64,000 nt of DNA, taken from NCBI RefSeq assembly GCF_044341185.1, contig NZ_JBIISE010000002.1:25205-89204 (forward strand), in the 5' to 3' direction. Of the stretch, positions 18,601-27,782 are shown one piece after another (position 1 is the stretch's first letter; the number at the start of each line of letters is the position of its first letter). The stretch is from Flavobacterium sp. (GTDB lineage: Bacteria; Bacteroidota; Bacteroidia; Flavobacteriales; Flavobacteriaceae). Under the pieces are notes generated by a model. The model was not told where the DNA came from. It saw only the letters and a program-made list of their open reading frames with translations, and ran no database searches. The translations under genes were made by a program, and so were the position numbers.

Positions 18601-19589
18601 TACACCAATTTATTCGCCACTAAATATTCGGCTATTTGTACGGTATTTGTTGCGGCACCTTTTCGTAAATTATCAGCAACAATCCACATATTCAATGTGT
18701 TTGGTTGGCTTTCATCTCTACGAATACGACCTACAAATACATCATCTTTACCTTCAGCGTAAAACGGCATTGGATACGTAAATGTATCTAAATTATCTTG
18801 AACCGTAATTCCTGGTGTATTGTGTAAAAGGGTACGAACTTCATTTACATCAAAATCTGAATAAAATTCCACGTTAACCGCTTCACTATGTCCGCCAACT
18901 ACTGGAATTCTTACCGCAGTAGCCGTAACACCAATTGTTTTATCGTTTAAGATTTTTTGTGTTTCACGAACCAATTTCATTTCTTCTTTCGTGTAATCGT
19001 TCTCTTCAAACAGATCACATTGAGGAATCGCATTTCTATGAATTTGGTATTTATAAGCCATTTCGCCTTTAACACCAGCATATTCATTTTCTAATTGTTG
19101 CACACCTTTTACTCCTGTTCCAGTAATAGATTGATAAGTAGAAACAATAATTCGTTTGATTTTATATTTTTTATGTAAAGGTGCTAAAGCCATTACCAAT
19201 TGAATCGTAGAACAATTTGCATTTGGAATAATCTTGTCGGCTGCAGTTAAAATATCCGCATTAATTTCTGGAACAACTAACTTCTTAGTTTCATCCATTC
19301 TCCAAGCCGAAGAATTATCAATAACTGTTGTACCGGCAGCAGCAAATTTTGGCGCCCAAGCTAAAGAAGTTTCTCCACCAGCAGAAAACAAAGCAATATC
19401 AGCTTTCATATCTACTGCAGTTTGTAAACTGACAACTTTATATGTTTTCCCGTTAAATTCAATTTCTTTACCTACAGATTTTTCTGAGGCAACAGGAATT
19501 AATTCCGTTACCGGAAAATTTCTTTCTTTTAATATTTGAAGCATTACTTCTCCCACCATTCCAGTGGCTCCAACTACGGCTACTTTCAT
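18600..19589 (-). CDS. asd: Aspartate-semialdehyde dehydrogenase
   Basis: MKVAVVGATGMVGEVM NAD(P) fold, the active-site Cys context PNANCSTIQL, and GHSEAVNVEF. 329 aa. Confidence 0.92.
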   Translation of the reverse strand: MKVAVVGATGMVGEVMLQILKERNFPVTELIPVASEKSVGKEIEFNGKTYKVVSLQTAVDMKADIALFSAGGETSLAWAPKFAAAGTTVIDNSSAWRMDETKKLVVPEINADILTAADKIIPNANCSTIQLVMALAPLHKKYKIKRIIVSTYQSITGTGVKGVQQLENEYAGVKGEMAYKYQIHRNAIPQCDLFEENDYTKEEMKLVRETQKILNDKTIGVTATAVRIPVVGGHSEAVNVEFYSDFDVNEVRTLLHNTPGITVQDNLDTFTYPMPFYAEGKDDVFVGRIRRDESQPNTLNMWIVADNLRKGAATNTVQIAEYLVANKLV

Positions 19590-19626
19590 TTATTTACATT
19601 TATTTACATTTATTTACATTTATTTT
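19587..19626. repeat. 10-bp tandem repeat (catttattta x4) that includes the asd start codon
   Basis: Four consecutive units at 19587-19596, 19597-19606, 19607-19616 and 19617-19626 (the last is catttatttt). Confidence 0.9.
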
Positions 19627-19690
19627 TTTAACACTGCAAAAGTATAAAACTTATTGCAAATAATTTTTATATAAAAAGGTATTAATCATA

Positions 19691-19716
19691 AAAAAAACTG
19701 CCCGTAAGCAGTTTTT
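19691..19716 (-). terminator. Putative rho-independent terminator of the TlpA-like gene
   Basis: aaaaaaactgc (19691-19701) pairs with gcagttttt (19708-19716). On the minus strand the hairpin is followed by a T7 run. Confidence 0.6.
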
Positions 19717-19723
19717 AAAAATT

Positions 19724-20719
19724 TTATTTTACTAACGAATCTAATAACGTTACTAATTCAGGTGACGAAGGCCTTGGTGCATCTGCATTTACAATTTTTC
19801 CTTCTGGACTAATGATAATAAATCTTGGAATTCCATTGATTTTATAGCCTTGTACGAAATCAGATTTCCAATCTTTATCAGCTAATAATTGAATACCTCC
19901 TAAGTTTTTTTCAGTAACAAACTTGCTCCATTTGTCGTGATTTTTTTGCTCATCAACTGAAATACTTACAAATTCGATATTTTTACCGTGATAAGCCGCT
20001 TCTGTTTTTTGTAAAAAAGGAATTTCTTGACGACAAGGTCCGCACCAAGTTGCCCATACATCTACATATACATATTTTCCTTTTAAATCTTCTAAAGACG
20101 TAAAACCACCTTTATGATTTTCATATTTAAAAGTTGGTGAAGCCGTTCCGTTTAATTTTTTTAATTCAAAACCTGCAGAAAGATAATCAATCATACCTTT
20201 CATACCTTTTTCAACATCTCCTTTATATTTAGCTACAAAACCAGCGTCTAAATCTTTAGGTAATGCTGCAAAAACAGTTTCTTTATATTTGGCCACTTCC
20301 GCAGTTAAAGTTTCTAAATTTTCTGCTTTCATCATAGGTTCAAAAGCAGTTTGATCTGCTTGTTTTAGCATTTCAGCAGCTAAAAACGAGTTTTCTTTTG
20401 CTCCTTTTCCTTTAAAAGAAATGGTATTGTCAAAATCTTTATAATCTAAAGAAACTTGTATATCTGAAGAATTTGTTAAATATAAATCTGCATATTGCTC
20501 ATCAACTTCAAGTTTAAACATCCCATCTGTTACTTTGAAAGTTGCATTAAAATCGCCTTTTTTATCTGCCACAATCATTTGGCTAAAACCTCTTGATTTT
20601 ACATATATGGTATCTGTTGGTTTATTTACAATTTTAGCTGAAAATTTAACTTGAGCACTGGCTGTTAAAGAAAAAAAACCTGCTACTACGCTTAATAAAA
20701 ATGTTTTGTGGTTTGTCAT
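19724..20719 (-). CDS. TlpA/ResA-family thiol:disulfide oxidoreductase (secreted thioredoxin-like)
   Basis: Signal peptide, then an N-terminal accessory domain. C-terminal thioredoxin fold with VDVWATWCGPCRQEIP (CxxC). Confidence 0.85.
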   Translation of the reverse strand: MTNHKTFLLSVVAGFFSLTASAQVKFSAKIVNKPTDTIYVKSRGFSQMIVADKKGDFNATFKVTDGMFKLEVDEQYADLYLTNSSDIQVSLDYKDFDNTISFKGKGAKENSFLAAEMLKQADQTAFEPMMKAENLETLTAEVAKYKETVFAALPKDLDAGFVAKYKGDVEKGMKGMIDYLSAGFELKKLNGTASPTFKYENHKGGFTSLEDLKGKYVYVDVWATWCGPCRQEIPFLQKTEAAYHGKNIEFVSISVDEQKNHDKWSKFVTEKNLGGIQLLADKDWKSDFVQGYKINGIPRFIIISPEGKIVNADAPRPSSPELVTLLDSLVK

Positions 20720-20853
20720 TTTGAAAAATTTAATTTATAAAGTGTAAATATAACAGAATAAAAAAAATAAAATACAAAAATTTGTTAAGATTATTAATTG
20801 TTAAACTAAAATAAAATTTAAAATTATTATACTTTTGCAAAAAACAAATAACA

Positions 20854-22608
20854 ATGTATAGAAGTCATAATTGTGGTGAACTTAATGCTACACATATTAA
20901 TCAAGAAGTTACCTTAGCGGGTTGGGTTCAAAAAACACGTGATAAAGGTTTTATGATTTGGATTGATTTGCGTGATCGATATGGAATTACGCAATTAATT
21001 TTAGACGAAACCAGAACGAATAAAGCCATTTTTGAAGCTGCAAAATCTTTAGGTCGTGAATTTGTGATTCAAGTAAAAGGAACTGTAATTGAAAGAGAAT
21101 CTAAAAATAAAAATATTCCAACGGGTGACATTGAAATTTTAGTTTCTGAAATGACTATCTTGAATGAATCATTAACACCTCCATTTACCATTGAAGATGA
21201 AACGGACGGTGGTGAAGATATTCGAATGAAATACCGTTATTTAGATATTCGTAGAAATCCTGTAAAAAACAGTTTATTATTCCGTCATAAAGTAGCGCAA
21301 GAAGTAAGAAATTATTTATCTAATCAAGGATTTTGTGAAGTAGAAACACCTTATTTAATAAAATCTACTCCAGAAGGCGCTCGAGATTTCGTAGTACCAA
21401 GTAGAATGAATGAAGGTCAATTTTATGCCCTGCCACAATCGCCACAAACCTTCAAACAGTTATTGATGGTAGGTGGAATGGATAAATATTTTCAAATAGT
21501 AAAATGTTTCCGTGATGAAGATTTACGTGCTGATAGACAACCTGAATTTACACAAATTGACTGCGAAATGGCCTTCGTAGAACAAGAAGATATTTTAAAT
21601 CAATTTGAAGGATTAACCCGTCATTTACTTAAAGAAGTAAAAGGTGTTGAAATAGATAAATTCCCTCGTATTACTTACGATTATGCTATGAAAACGTATG
21701 GAAATGACAAACCAGATATTCGTTTTGGAATGGAATTTGGCGAGTTAAACGAAGTAACCAAACATAAAGATTTTCCTGTATTTAATGCCGCAGAATTTGT
21801 AGTTGGTATCGCCGCACCAGGTTGTGCAGCTTTCACCAGAAAAGAAATCGACGCCCTAATTGATTGGGTAAAACGCCCTCAAATTGGGGCAACAGGAATG
21901 ATTTACTGTAAATATGAATTAGACGGAAGCTTAAAATCATCTGTAGATAAGTTTTTTGATCAAGATGATTTAAAAAAATGGGCAGACATTACGGGAGCGA
22001 AACCTGGAGATATGATTTTTGTTTTATGTGGAAATACGGATAAAACAAGAACGCAACTTTCTGCTTTGCGTATGGAATTAGCGACACGTTTAGGTTTAAG
22101 AAATCCGGATGAATTTGCGCCGCTTTGGGTATTAGATTTTCCATTATTAGAATGGGATGAAGAATCTGAAAGATACCACGCGATGCACCATCCATTTACT
22201 TCTCCAAAACCAGAAGATATGCATTTAATCACAACCGAACCTGGTAAAATTAGAGCCAATGCGTATGATATGGTTTTAAACGGAAACGAAATTGGTGGCG
22301 GTTCTATTCGTATACACGATAGAAATTTACAAGAACGAATGTTTGAATTATTAGGATTTACTAAAGAAGAAGCAGAAAATCAATTTGGATTTCTAATGAA
22401 CGCCTTTCAATTTGGCGCACCACCGCACGGCGGATTGGCTTTTGGATTAGACAGATTGGTAGCTATACTTGGCGGTCAAGAAACTATTAGAGATTTTATT
22501 GCCTTCCCAAAAAATAATTCTGGAAGAGATGTGATGATTGACGCACCTTCATTAATTGACGAAAAACAATTGGAAGAGTTACAAATAAAATTAAATATTA
22601 CAAAATAA
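20854..22608 (+). CDS. aspS: Aspartate--tRNA ligase
   Basis: 584 aa. N-terminal OB-fold ([24 protein letters not shown]). Class II motifs [26 protein letters not shown] and GLAFGLDRL. Confidence 0.95.
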   Translation: MYRSHNCGELNATHINQEVTLAGWVQKTRDKGFMIWIDLRDRYGITQLILDETRTNKAIFEAAKSLGREFVIQVKGTVIERESKNKNIPTGDIEILVSEMTILNESLTPPFTIEDETDGGEDIRMKYRYLDIRRNPVKNSLLFRHKVAQEVRNYLSNQGFCEVETPYLIKSTPEGARDFVVPSRMNEGQFYALPQSPQTFKQLLMVGGMDKYFQIVKCFRDEDLRADRQPEFTQIDCEMAFVEQEDILNQFEGLTRHLLKEVKGVEIDKFPRITYDYAMKTYGNDKPDIRFGMEFGELNEVTKHKDFPVFNAAEFVVGIAAPGCAAFTRKEIDALIDWVKRPQIGATGMIYCKYELDGSLKSSVDKFFDQDDLKKWADITGAKPGDMIFVLCGNTDKTRTQLSALRMELATRLGLRNPDEFAPLWVLDFPLLEWDEESERYHAMHHPFTSPKPEDMHLITTEPGKIRANAYDMVLNGNEIGGGSIRIHDRNLQERMFELLGFTKEEAENQFGFLMNAFQFGAPPHGGLAFGLDRLVAILGGQETIRDFIAFPKNNSGRDVMIDAPSLIDEKQLEELQIKLNITK

Positions 22609-22621
22609 AAACACAATTTTC

Positions 22622-22651
22622 TTGCTTGTGTAAAATAAATGTATATATTTG
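22622..22651 (+). promoter_or_regulatory. Putative Bacteroidota sigma-A promoter of the cold-shock gene
   Basis: TTG at 22622-22624, a 19-bp spacer, then TATATTTG (TAnnTTTG) at 22644-22651, 30 nt upstream of the ATG. Confidence 0.45.
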
Positions 22652-22680
22652 CTCATTATTAATAATTAAATACGCATATA

Positions 22681-22881
22681 ATGCAAACAGGAACAGTAAA
22701 ATTCTTCAATGAAACTAAAGGTTTTGGTTTCATCACTAACGAAGATACAGGTAAGGACATTTTTGTTCACGCTACAGGAATCAAGGTTGAAAACTTAAAC
22801 GAAGGAGACCGTGTTAGTTATGAAGAAGAAGAAGGAAGAAAAGGAATTGTAGCAACAAACGTTGTAATATTAAACGATTAA
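22681..22881 (+). CDS. Cold-shock protein (CspA family)
   Basis: 66 aa. GTVKFFNETKGFGFI (RNP-1) and DIFVHAT (RNP-2). Confidence 0.92.
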   Translation: MQTGTVKFFNETKGFGFITNEDTGKDIFVHATGIKVENLNEGDRVSYEEEEGRKGIVATNVVILND

Positions 22882-22895
22882 TTTATTACCCTCTA

Positions 22896-22928
22896 AAACG
22901 CTCCCGAAAACGGAGCGTTTTTTTTATG
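22896..22928 (+). terminator. Rho-independent terminator of the cold-shock gene
   Basis: aaaacgctcc...ggagcgtttt stem followed by T8 (22918-22925). Confidence 0.7.
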
Positions 22929-23002
22929 TTTTAGTTTTTTATTTAGAATGATTATAAATACATTATTTTTGATAAAATTACTATTCTTATTGTAGTTTAA
23001 AT

Positions 23003-23033
23003 TTTGATAATCCCTCAATACAAATTAATTTTG
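23003..23033 (+). promoter_or_regulatory. Putative promoter of the nuo operon
   Basis: TTTG at 23003-23006, exactly 19 bp of spacer, then TAATTTTG (TAnnTTTG) at 23026-23033, 26 nt upstream of the nuoA ATG. Confidence 0.5.
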
Positions 23034-23058
23034 TGGCTATTTTAAAAAAAACATTAAA

Positions 23059-23424
23059 ATGCAAAATTCTCAAATAGATTTTATACCTATTCTAATGCAA
23101 GTACTTCTTGCTGTAGGGTTTGTTGCTTTAACAATTTTTGGCTCAAGTTTATTAGGCCCAAAAAGATCATCTGTAAACAAAGATAAAAGTTTCGAATGTG
23201 GAATTGAATCTGTTGGAAACGCACGTATTCCATTTTCTGTTAAATATTTCTTAGTCGCTATTTTATTCGTTTTGTTTGACGTGGAAGTAATTTTCATGTA
23301 CCCTTGGGCAGTAAATTTTAAAGAATTAGGCACTGAGGGACTAATTAAGATGATTGTTTTTATGACTTTATTACTAATCGGTTTCTTCTATGTAATTAAG
23401 AAGAAAGCATTAGTTTGGGAATAA
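23059..23424 (+). CDS. nuoA: NADH-quinone oxidoreductase subunit A
   Basis: 121 aa, 3 TM. FECGIE and [12 protein letters not shown] motifs. First gene of the nuoA-N series. Confidence 0.92.
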   Translation: MQNSQIDFIPILMQVLLAVGFVALTIFGSSLLGPKRSSVNKDKSFECGIESVGNARIPFSVKYFLVAILFVLFDVEVIFMYPWAVNFKELGTEGLIKMIVFMTLLLIGFFYVIKKKALVWE

Positions 23425-23437
23425 CAAATTAAAATGT

Positions 23438-23986
23438 ATGGAAAAGAATAAAGTTAATATGGTTGATGCTCCAGAAGGACATGCAGGTGAAGGTTTCTTC
23501 GCAACGAAATTAGACCAAGTTGTTGGTTTGGCTCGTGCCAATTCATTATGGCCATTACCATTTGCTACTTCATGTTGTGGTATCGAATTTATGGCAACAA
23601 TGGCATCGCATTATGATTTGGCTCGTTTTGGATCGGAACGTGTGAGTTTTTCTCCTCGTCAGGCAGATATGCTTCTTGTAATGGGAACCATTTCAAAAAA
23701 AATGGCACCAATTTTACGTCAAGTTTATGAACAAATGTCAGAACCGCGTTGGGTTATTGCTGTGGGAGCTTGTGCTTCATCGGGTGGTATTTTTGACACC
23801 TATTCTGTTTTACAAGGTATTGATAAAGTAATTCCTGTAGACGTTTATGTACCCGGTTGTCCTCCACGTCCAGAACAAATAGTAGACGGCGTAATGCAAC
23901 TACAAGAACTAGTAAAAAGTGAATCTCAAAGAAGAAGACATTCTGCAGAATATAAAGAATTGTTAGCTTCCTATAACATAGAATAA
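23438..23986 (+). CDS. nuoB: NADH-quinone oxidoreductase subunit B
   Basis: [17 protein letters not shown] and PGCPPRPE (N2 cluster ligands). Confidence 0.95.
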   Translation: MEKNKVNMVDAPEGHAGEGFFATKLDQVVGLARANSLWPLPFATSCCGIEFMATMASHYDLARFGSERVSFSPRQADMLLVMGTISKKMAPILRQVYEQMSEPRWVIAVGACASSGGIFDTYSVLQGIDKVIPVDVYVPGCPPRPEQIVDGVMQLQELVKSESQRRRHSAEYKELLASYNIE

Positions 23987-23988
23987 TA

Positions 23989-24516
23989 ATGGCTTTAGAA
24001 TCAGTAGATATACAAAGTAAACTTCAAGAAACTTTTGGAGACCACGTAAAGTATTTTAGAACAGAATACGATATGTTTGTTTTGGAAGCCGATGTAGATG
24101 TTGTATACAACGTAATAAAATTCTTAAAAGAAGAACCTTCTTTAAACTTTAGTTTTCTAACCGATCTTTGCGGTGTGCATTATCCAGATAATGATGTAAA
24201 CGAGCAATTTTGTGTGGTATATCATTTACATAATTGGTACGAAAACAAAAGAATACGAGTAAAAACATTTTTAAACGGAACAAATCTTGAAGTTAAATCG
24301 GTTGTTTCATTATTTAATTGTGCCAATTGGATGGAACGTGAAACTTATGATTTCTATGGAATTAATTTTAACGGACACCCAAATTTAGTACGAATTTTAA
24401 ATATGGATGAAATGACTTCTTTTCCAATGAGAAAAGAATTTCCAATGGAAGATTCAGGAAGAACAGACAAAGATGACCGTTTCTTTGGTAGAACCATTAA
24501 TAATTCAACAATTTAA
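23989..24516 (+). CDS. nuoC: NADH-quinone oxidoreductase subunit C
   Basis: 175 aa. ANWMERETYDFYGINFNGHP (30-kDa subunit signature). Confidence 0.92.
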   Translation: MALESVDIQSKLQETFGDHVKYFRTEYDMFVLEADVDVVYNVIKFLKEEPSLNFSFLTDLCGVHYPDNDVNEQFCVVYHLHNWYENKRIRVKTFLNGTNLEVKSVVSLFNCANWMERETYDFYGINFNGHPNLVRILNMDEMTSFPMRKEFPMEDSGRTDKDDRFFGRTINNSTI

Positions 24517-24517
24517 G

Positions 24518-25756
24518 ATGGGAAAAGTAACATTACCTGCGGATCACAGATATTATAAATACATTGAGGAGCGTCATAACGAAGACGGTAGCGAATTAGC
24601 TATCTTAAACTTAGGACCTACTCACCCTGCTACTCACGGAATTTTTCAAAACATCTTATTGATGGATGGTGAACGAATTTTAGACGCAGAACCAACGATA
24701 GGATATATTCATAGAGCATTTGAAAAAATTGCTGAAAATCGTCCGTTTTATCAAATAACACCACTTACAGACCGAATGAATTATTGTTCATCGCCAATTA
24801 ACAATATGGCTTGGTGGATGACTTTAGAAAAATTATTAGATATAGAAGTTCCAAAACGTGCACAATATTTACGTGTAATCGTAATGGAATTGGCGCGTAT
24901 AACAGACCATTTAATTTGTAACTCCATTTTAGGTGTAGATACAGGTGCATATACCGGATTTCTTTATGTATTTCAATTCCGCGAAAAGGTATATGAAATT
25001 TACGAAGAAATTTGCGGCGCCCGTTTAACTACAAATATGGGAAGAATTGGTGGATTTGAAAGAGATTGGTCGCCAAAAGCATTTGAATTACTAGATACTT
25101 TCTTAAAAGATTTCCCAGTAGCTTGGAAAGAATTTGAAGATTTATTTACAAGAAATAGAATTTTTATTGACAGAACGGTAAACGTAGGTGCAATAACTCC
25201 AGAAATGGCAATGGATTACGGATTTACAGGTCCTAATTTAAGAGCCGCTGGTGTAGATTATGATGTTCGTGTTGCACAACCATATTCTTCATATGAAGAT
25301 TTCGAATTTAATGTTCCTGTTGGAAAATCAGGTGATACTTACGATAGATTTTGCGTAAGAAACGCCGAAGTTTGGGAAAGTTTAAGCATTATCCGTCAGG
25401 CTTTAGATAAAATGCCCGAAGGAAATGTATTCCACGCGGATGTTCCAGATTATTACCTTCCTCCAAAAGAAGACGTATACCATAATATGGAAGCCTTAAT
25501 TTATCACTTTAAAATTGTAATGGGTGAAGTACCTGTTCCTGTTGCCGAAGTATACCAGCCTGTTGAAGGTGGTAATGGTGAGTTAGGTTTTTATTTAATT
25601 ACAGATGGAAGTAGAACACCATATAGATTGCATTTCAGAAGACCAAGTTTTATATATTATCAAGCTTACCCTGAAATGATTAAAGGAGCCATGTTGTCGG
25701 ATGCCATTGTAATCTTATCAAGTTTAAATGTAATTGCTGGAGAATTAGACGCGTAA
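24518..25756 (+). CDS. nuoD: NADH-quinone oxidoreductase subunit D
   Basis: LNLGPTHPATHG, the 49-kDa subunit pattern, and the C-terminal GELDA. I placed the start at the ATG at 24518 (MGKVTLP), 1 nt after the nuoC stop. The tracked upstream extension overlaps nuoC. Confidence 0.93.
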   Translation: MGKVTLPADHRYYKYIEERHNEDGSELAILNLGPTHPATHGIFQNILLMDGERILDAEPTIGYIHRAFEKIAENRPFYQITPLTDRMNYCSSPINNMAWWMTLEKLLDIEVPKRAQYLRVIVMELARITDHLICNSILGVDTGAYTGFLYVFQFREKVYEIYEEICGARLTTNMGRIGGFERDWSPKAFELLDTFLKDFPVAWKEFEDLFTRNRIFIDRTVNVGAITPEMAMDYGFTGPNLRAAGVDYDVRVAQPYSSYEDFEFNVPVGKSGDTYDRFCVRNAEVWESLSIIRQALDKMPEGNVFHADVPDYYLPPKEDVYHNMEALIYHFKIVMGEVPVPVAEVYQPVEGGNGELGFYLITDGSRTPYRLHFRRPSFIYYQAYPEMIKGAMLSDAIVILSSLNVIAGELDA

Positions 25757-25837
25757 TAAAATTATAAATGATGAATTTTAAATTATAAATCAGTACAAAC
25801 ATTTAAAATTTCTAATTCAAAATTTAAAATAAAAAAA

Positions 25838-26368
25838 ATGGAAATATCAAATATCAAACAAGAGATTCATATAACTGAAGCGTTAATGACTCGTATTAAC
25901 GAACTAATCAGTCATTATCCTGCAGATAAAAAGAAATCGGCATTAATACCCGTTTTACATGAAGTACAAGATGCTCATGACAATTGGTTAAGTGTAGAAT
26001 TGCAACAAAAAGTAGCTGAAATTTTGGAAATTCTTCCAATTGAAGTGTACGAAGTAGTGACTTTCTATACGATGTTTAACACAAAACCAGTAGCAAAATA
26101 CATGTTCGAATTTTGTAGAACATCTTGTTGCGCTACTCGCGGTGTTGAGGATTTAATGGATTACGCTTGTTCTAAATTAGGCGTGAAAGAAGGAGAAATT
26201 ACTTCAGACGGTTTATTTCAAGTAGTTGGTGTAGAATGTTTAGGCGCTTGTGGATATGCTCCAATGTTGCAATTAGGCGATTTTTATCACGAAAAACTAT
26301 CAAAGGAATCCTTCGATACTTTAATTGAAGATTGCAAAGCAGAAAAAATAACTTTACACGATAAATAA
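25838..26368 (+). CDS. nuoE: NADH-quinone oxidoreductase subunit E
   Basis: Thioredoxin-like 2Fe-2S protein: CRTSCC and CLGACGYAPM. Confidence 0.92.
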   Translation: MEISNIKQEIHITEALMTRINELISHYPADKKKSALIPVLHEVQDAHDNWLSVELQQKVAEILEILPIEVYEVVTFYTMFNTKPVAKYMFEFCRTSCCATRGVEDLMDYACSKLGVKEGEITSDGLFQVVGVECLGACGYAPMLQLGDFYHEKLSKESFDTLIEDCKAEKITLHDK

Positions 26369-26372
26369 TATC

Positions 26373-27737
26373 ATGGGAAGAAAAATATTATTAGACAAAA
26401 TAAATATTCCAGGAATTAAAACCTATGAGGTTTACCGTGAAAATGGCGGGTATAAATCAGTGGAAAAAGCATTAACCATGCAACCAGACGATATTACTGA
26501 AGAAGTAAAAGCTTCAGGACTTCGTGGTCGAGGTGGTGCCGGTTTCCCAGTAGGGATGAAATGGAGTTTTATCGATAAAAAATCAGGAAAACCACGTCAT
26601 TTAGTTTGCAATGCAGACGAATCAGAACCAGGTACTTTTAAAGACCGTTTCTTAATGGAATATATTCCTCACCTTTTAATAGAAGGAATGATTACTTCAA
26701 GTTTTGCTCTTGGTGCTAATCTTTCTTACATATATATTAGAGGAGAATATATGTGGGTTTTCAAAATTTTAGAAAAAGCTATCAAAGAAGCTTACGCTGC
26801 AGGTTGGTTAGGAAAAAATATTAAAGGTTCTGGTTACGATTTAGATTTATATGTTCATGTTGGTGCAGGAGCATATATTTGTGGAGAAGAAACCGCATTA
26901 ATCGAATCCTTAGAAGGAAAAAGAGGAAATCCTCGTATTAAGCCACCATTTCCTGCAATTTCAGGTTTATGGGCGAACCCAACTGTGGTAAATAATGTAG
27001 AATCAATTGCTGCTGTGCCATGGATTGTAATGAATTCAGGTGCTGAATATGCAAAAATTGGTTTAGAACGTTCTACGGGTACCAAATTAATTTCTGCTTC
27101 TGGACATATTAAAAATCCAGGCGTGTACGAAATTGAAATGGGTATTACAGTAGAAGAATTTATGAATTCAGACGAATACTGTGGTGGTATGATTGATGAC
27201 AGACCTTTAAAGGCTTTAGTTCCTGGAGGTTCTTCTGTGCCAATTTTACCAGCACATTTAATATACAAAACTGCCGCAGGAACAGACCGATTAATGACCT
27301 ACGAATCCTTATCAGATGGAGGTTTCGCAACAGGTTCAATGTTAGGTTCTGGAGGTTTTATTGTTTATAATGACACGACTTGTATTGTTAGAAATACATG
27401 GAATTTCTCTCGTTTCTATCACCATGAAAGTTGCGGACAATGTACGCCTTGTAGAGAAGGAACAGGTTGGTTAGAAAAAATATTATGGAGAATTGAAAAT
27501 GGTCAAGGTCGTGAAGAAGATATCGATTTACTTTGGAATATTCAATCAAAAATTGAAGGAAACACCATTTGCCCATTAGGCGATGCGGCTTCTTGGCCAG
27601 TAGCGGCAGCTATTCGTCATTTCAGAGAAGAATTTGAATACCATGTAAGATTCCCAGAAAAAATTAAAGATAGAAATCATTTTGTAAATGAGCCTTTTTC
27701 GAAAGTGCAACATTTAGTAAGCAAACAAACTGTTTAA
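26373..27737 (+). CDS. nuoF: NADH-quinone oxidoreductase subunit F
   Basis: GLRGRGGAGFP (FMN/NADH site), CNADESEPGTFKDR and ESCGQCTPCREG (N3 cluster). Confidence 0.95.
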   Translation: MGRKILLDKINIPGIKTYEVYRENGGYKSVEKALTMQPDDITEEVKASGLRGRGGAGFPVGMKWSFIDKKSGKPRHLVCNADESEPGTFKDRFLMEYIPHLLIEGMITSSFALGANLSYIYIRGEYMWVFKILEKAIKEAYAAGWLGKNIKGSGYDLDLYVHVGAGAYICGEETALIESLEGKRGNPRIKPPFPAISGLWANPTVVNNVESIAAVPWIVMNSGAEYAKIGLERSTGTKLISASGHIKNPGVYEIEMGITVEEFMNSDEYCGGMIDDRPLKALVPGGSSVPILPAHLIYKTAAGTDRLMTYESLSDGGFATGSMLGSGGFIVYNDTTCIVRNTWNFSRFYHHESCGQCTPCREGTGWLEKILWRIENGQGREEDIDLLWNIQSKIEGNTICPLGDAASWPVAAAIRHFREEFEYHVRFPEKIKDRNHFVNEPFSKVQHLVSKQTV

Positions 27738-27782
27738 TAAAAAATTAAAAAATGATTCTATTAAGGATCAAACAATTATAAC

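Noticed and set aside
24473-24517. Apparent 44-nt overlap, or possible fusion, of nuoC and nuoD in the ORF track.
   Set aside because: An ATG at 24518 (MGKVTLPADH...), 1 nt after the nuoC stop, gives a normal NuoD N-terminus. The upstream extension (MTVSLVEPLIIQQFK) is just the alternative frame of the nuoC 3' end.
25757-25837. The 81-bp AT-rich nuoD-nuoE spacer with repeated taaattataaat words (a similar aaattataaat occurs at 1620-1630), considered as a regulatory element or internal promoter.
   Set aside because: The words are short and of very low complexity in an AT-rich genome. There is no TAnnTTTG/TTG pair with proper spacing and no stable hairpin, so it is indistinguishable from compositional noise.
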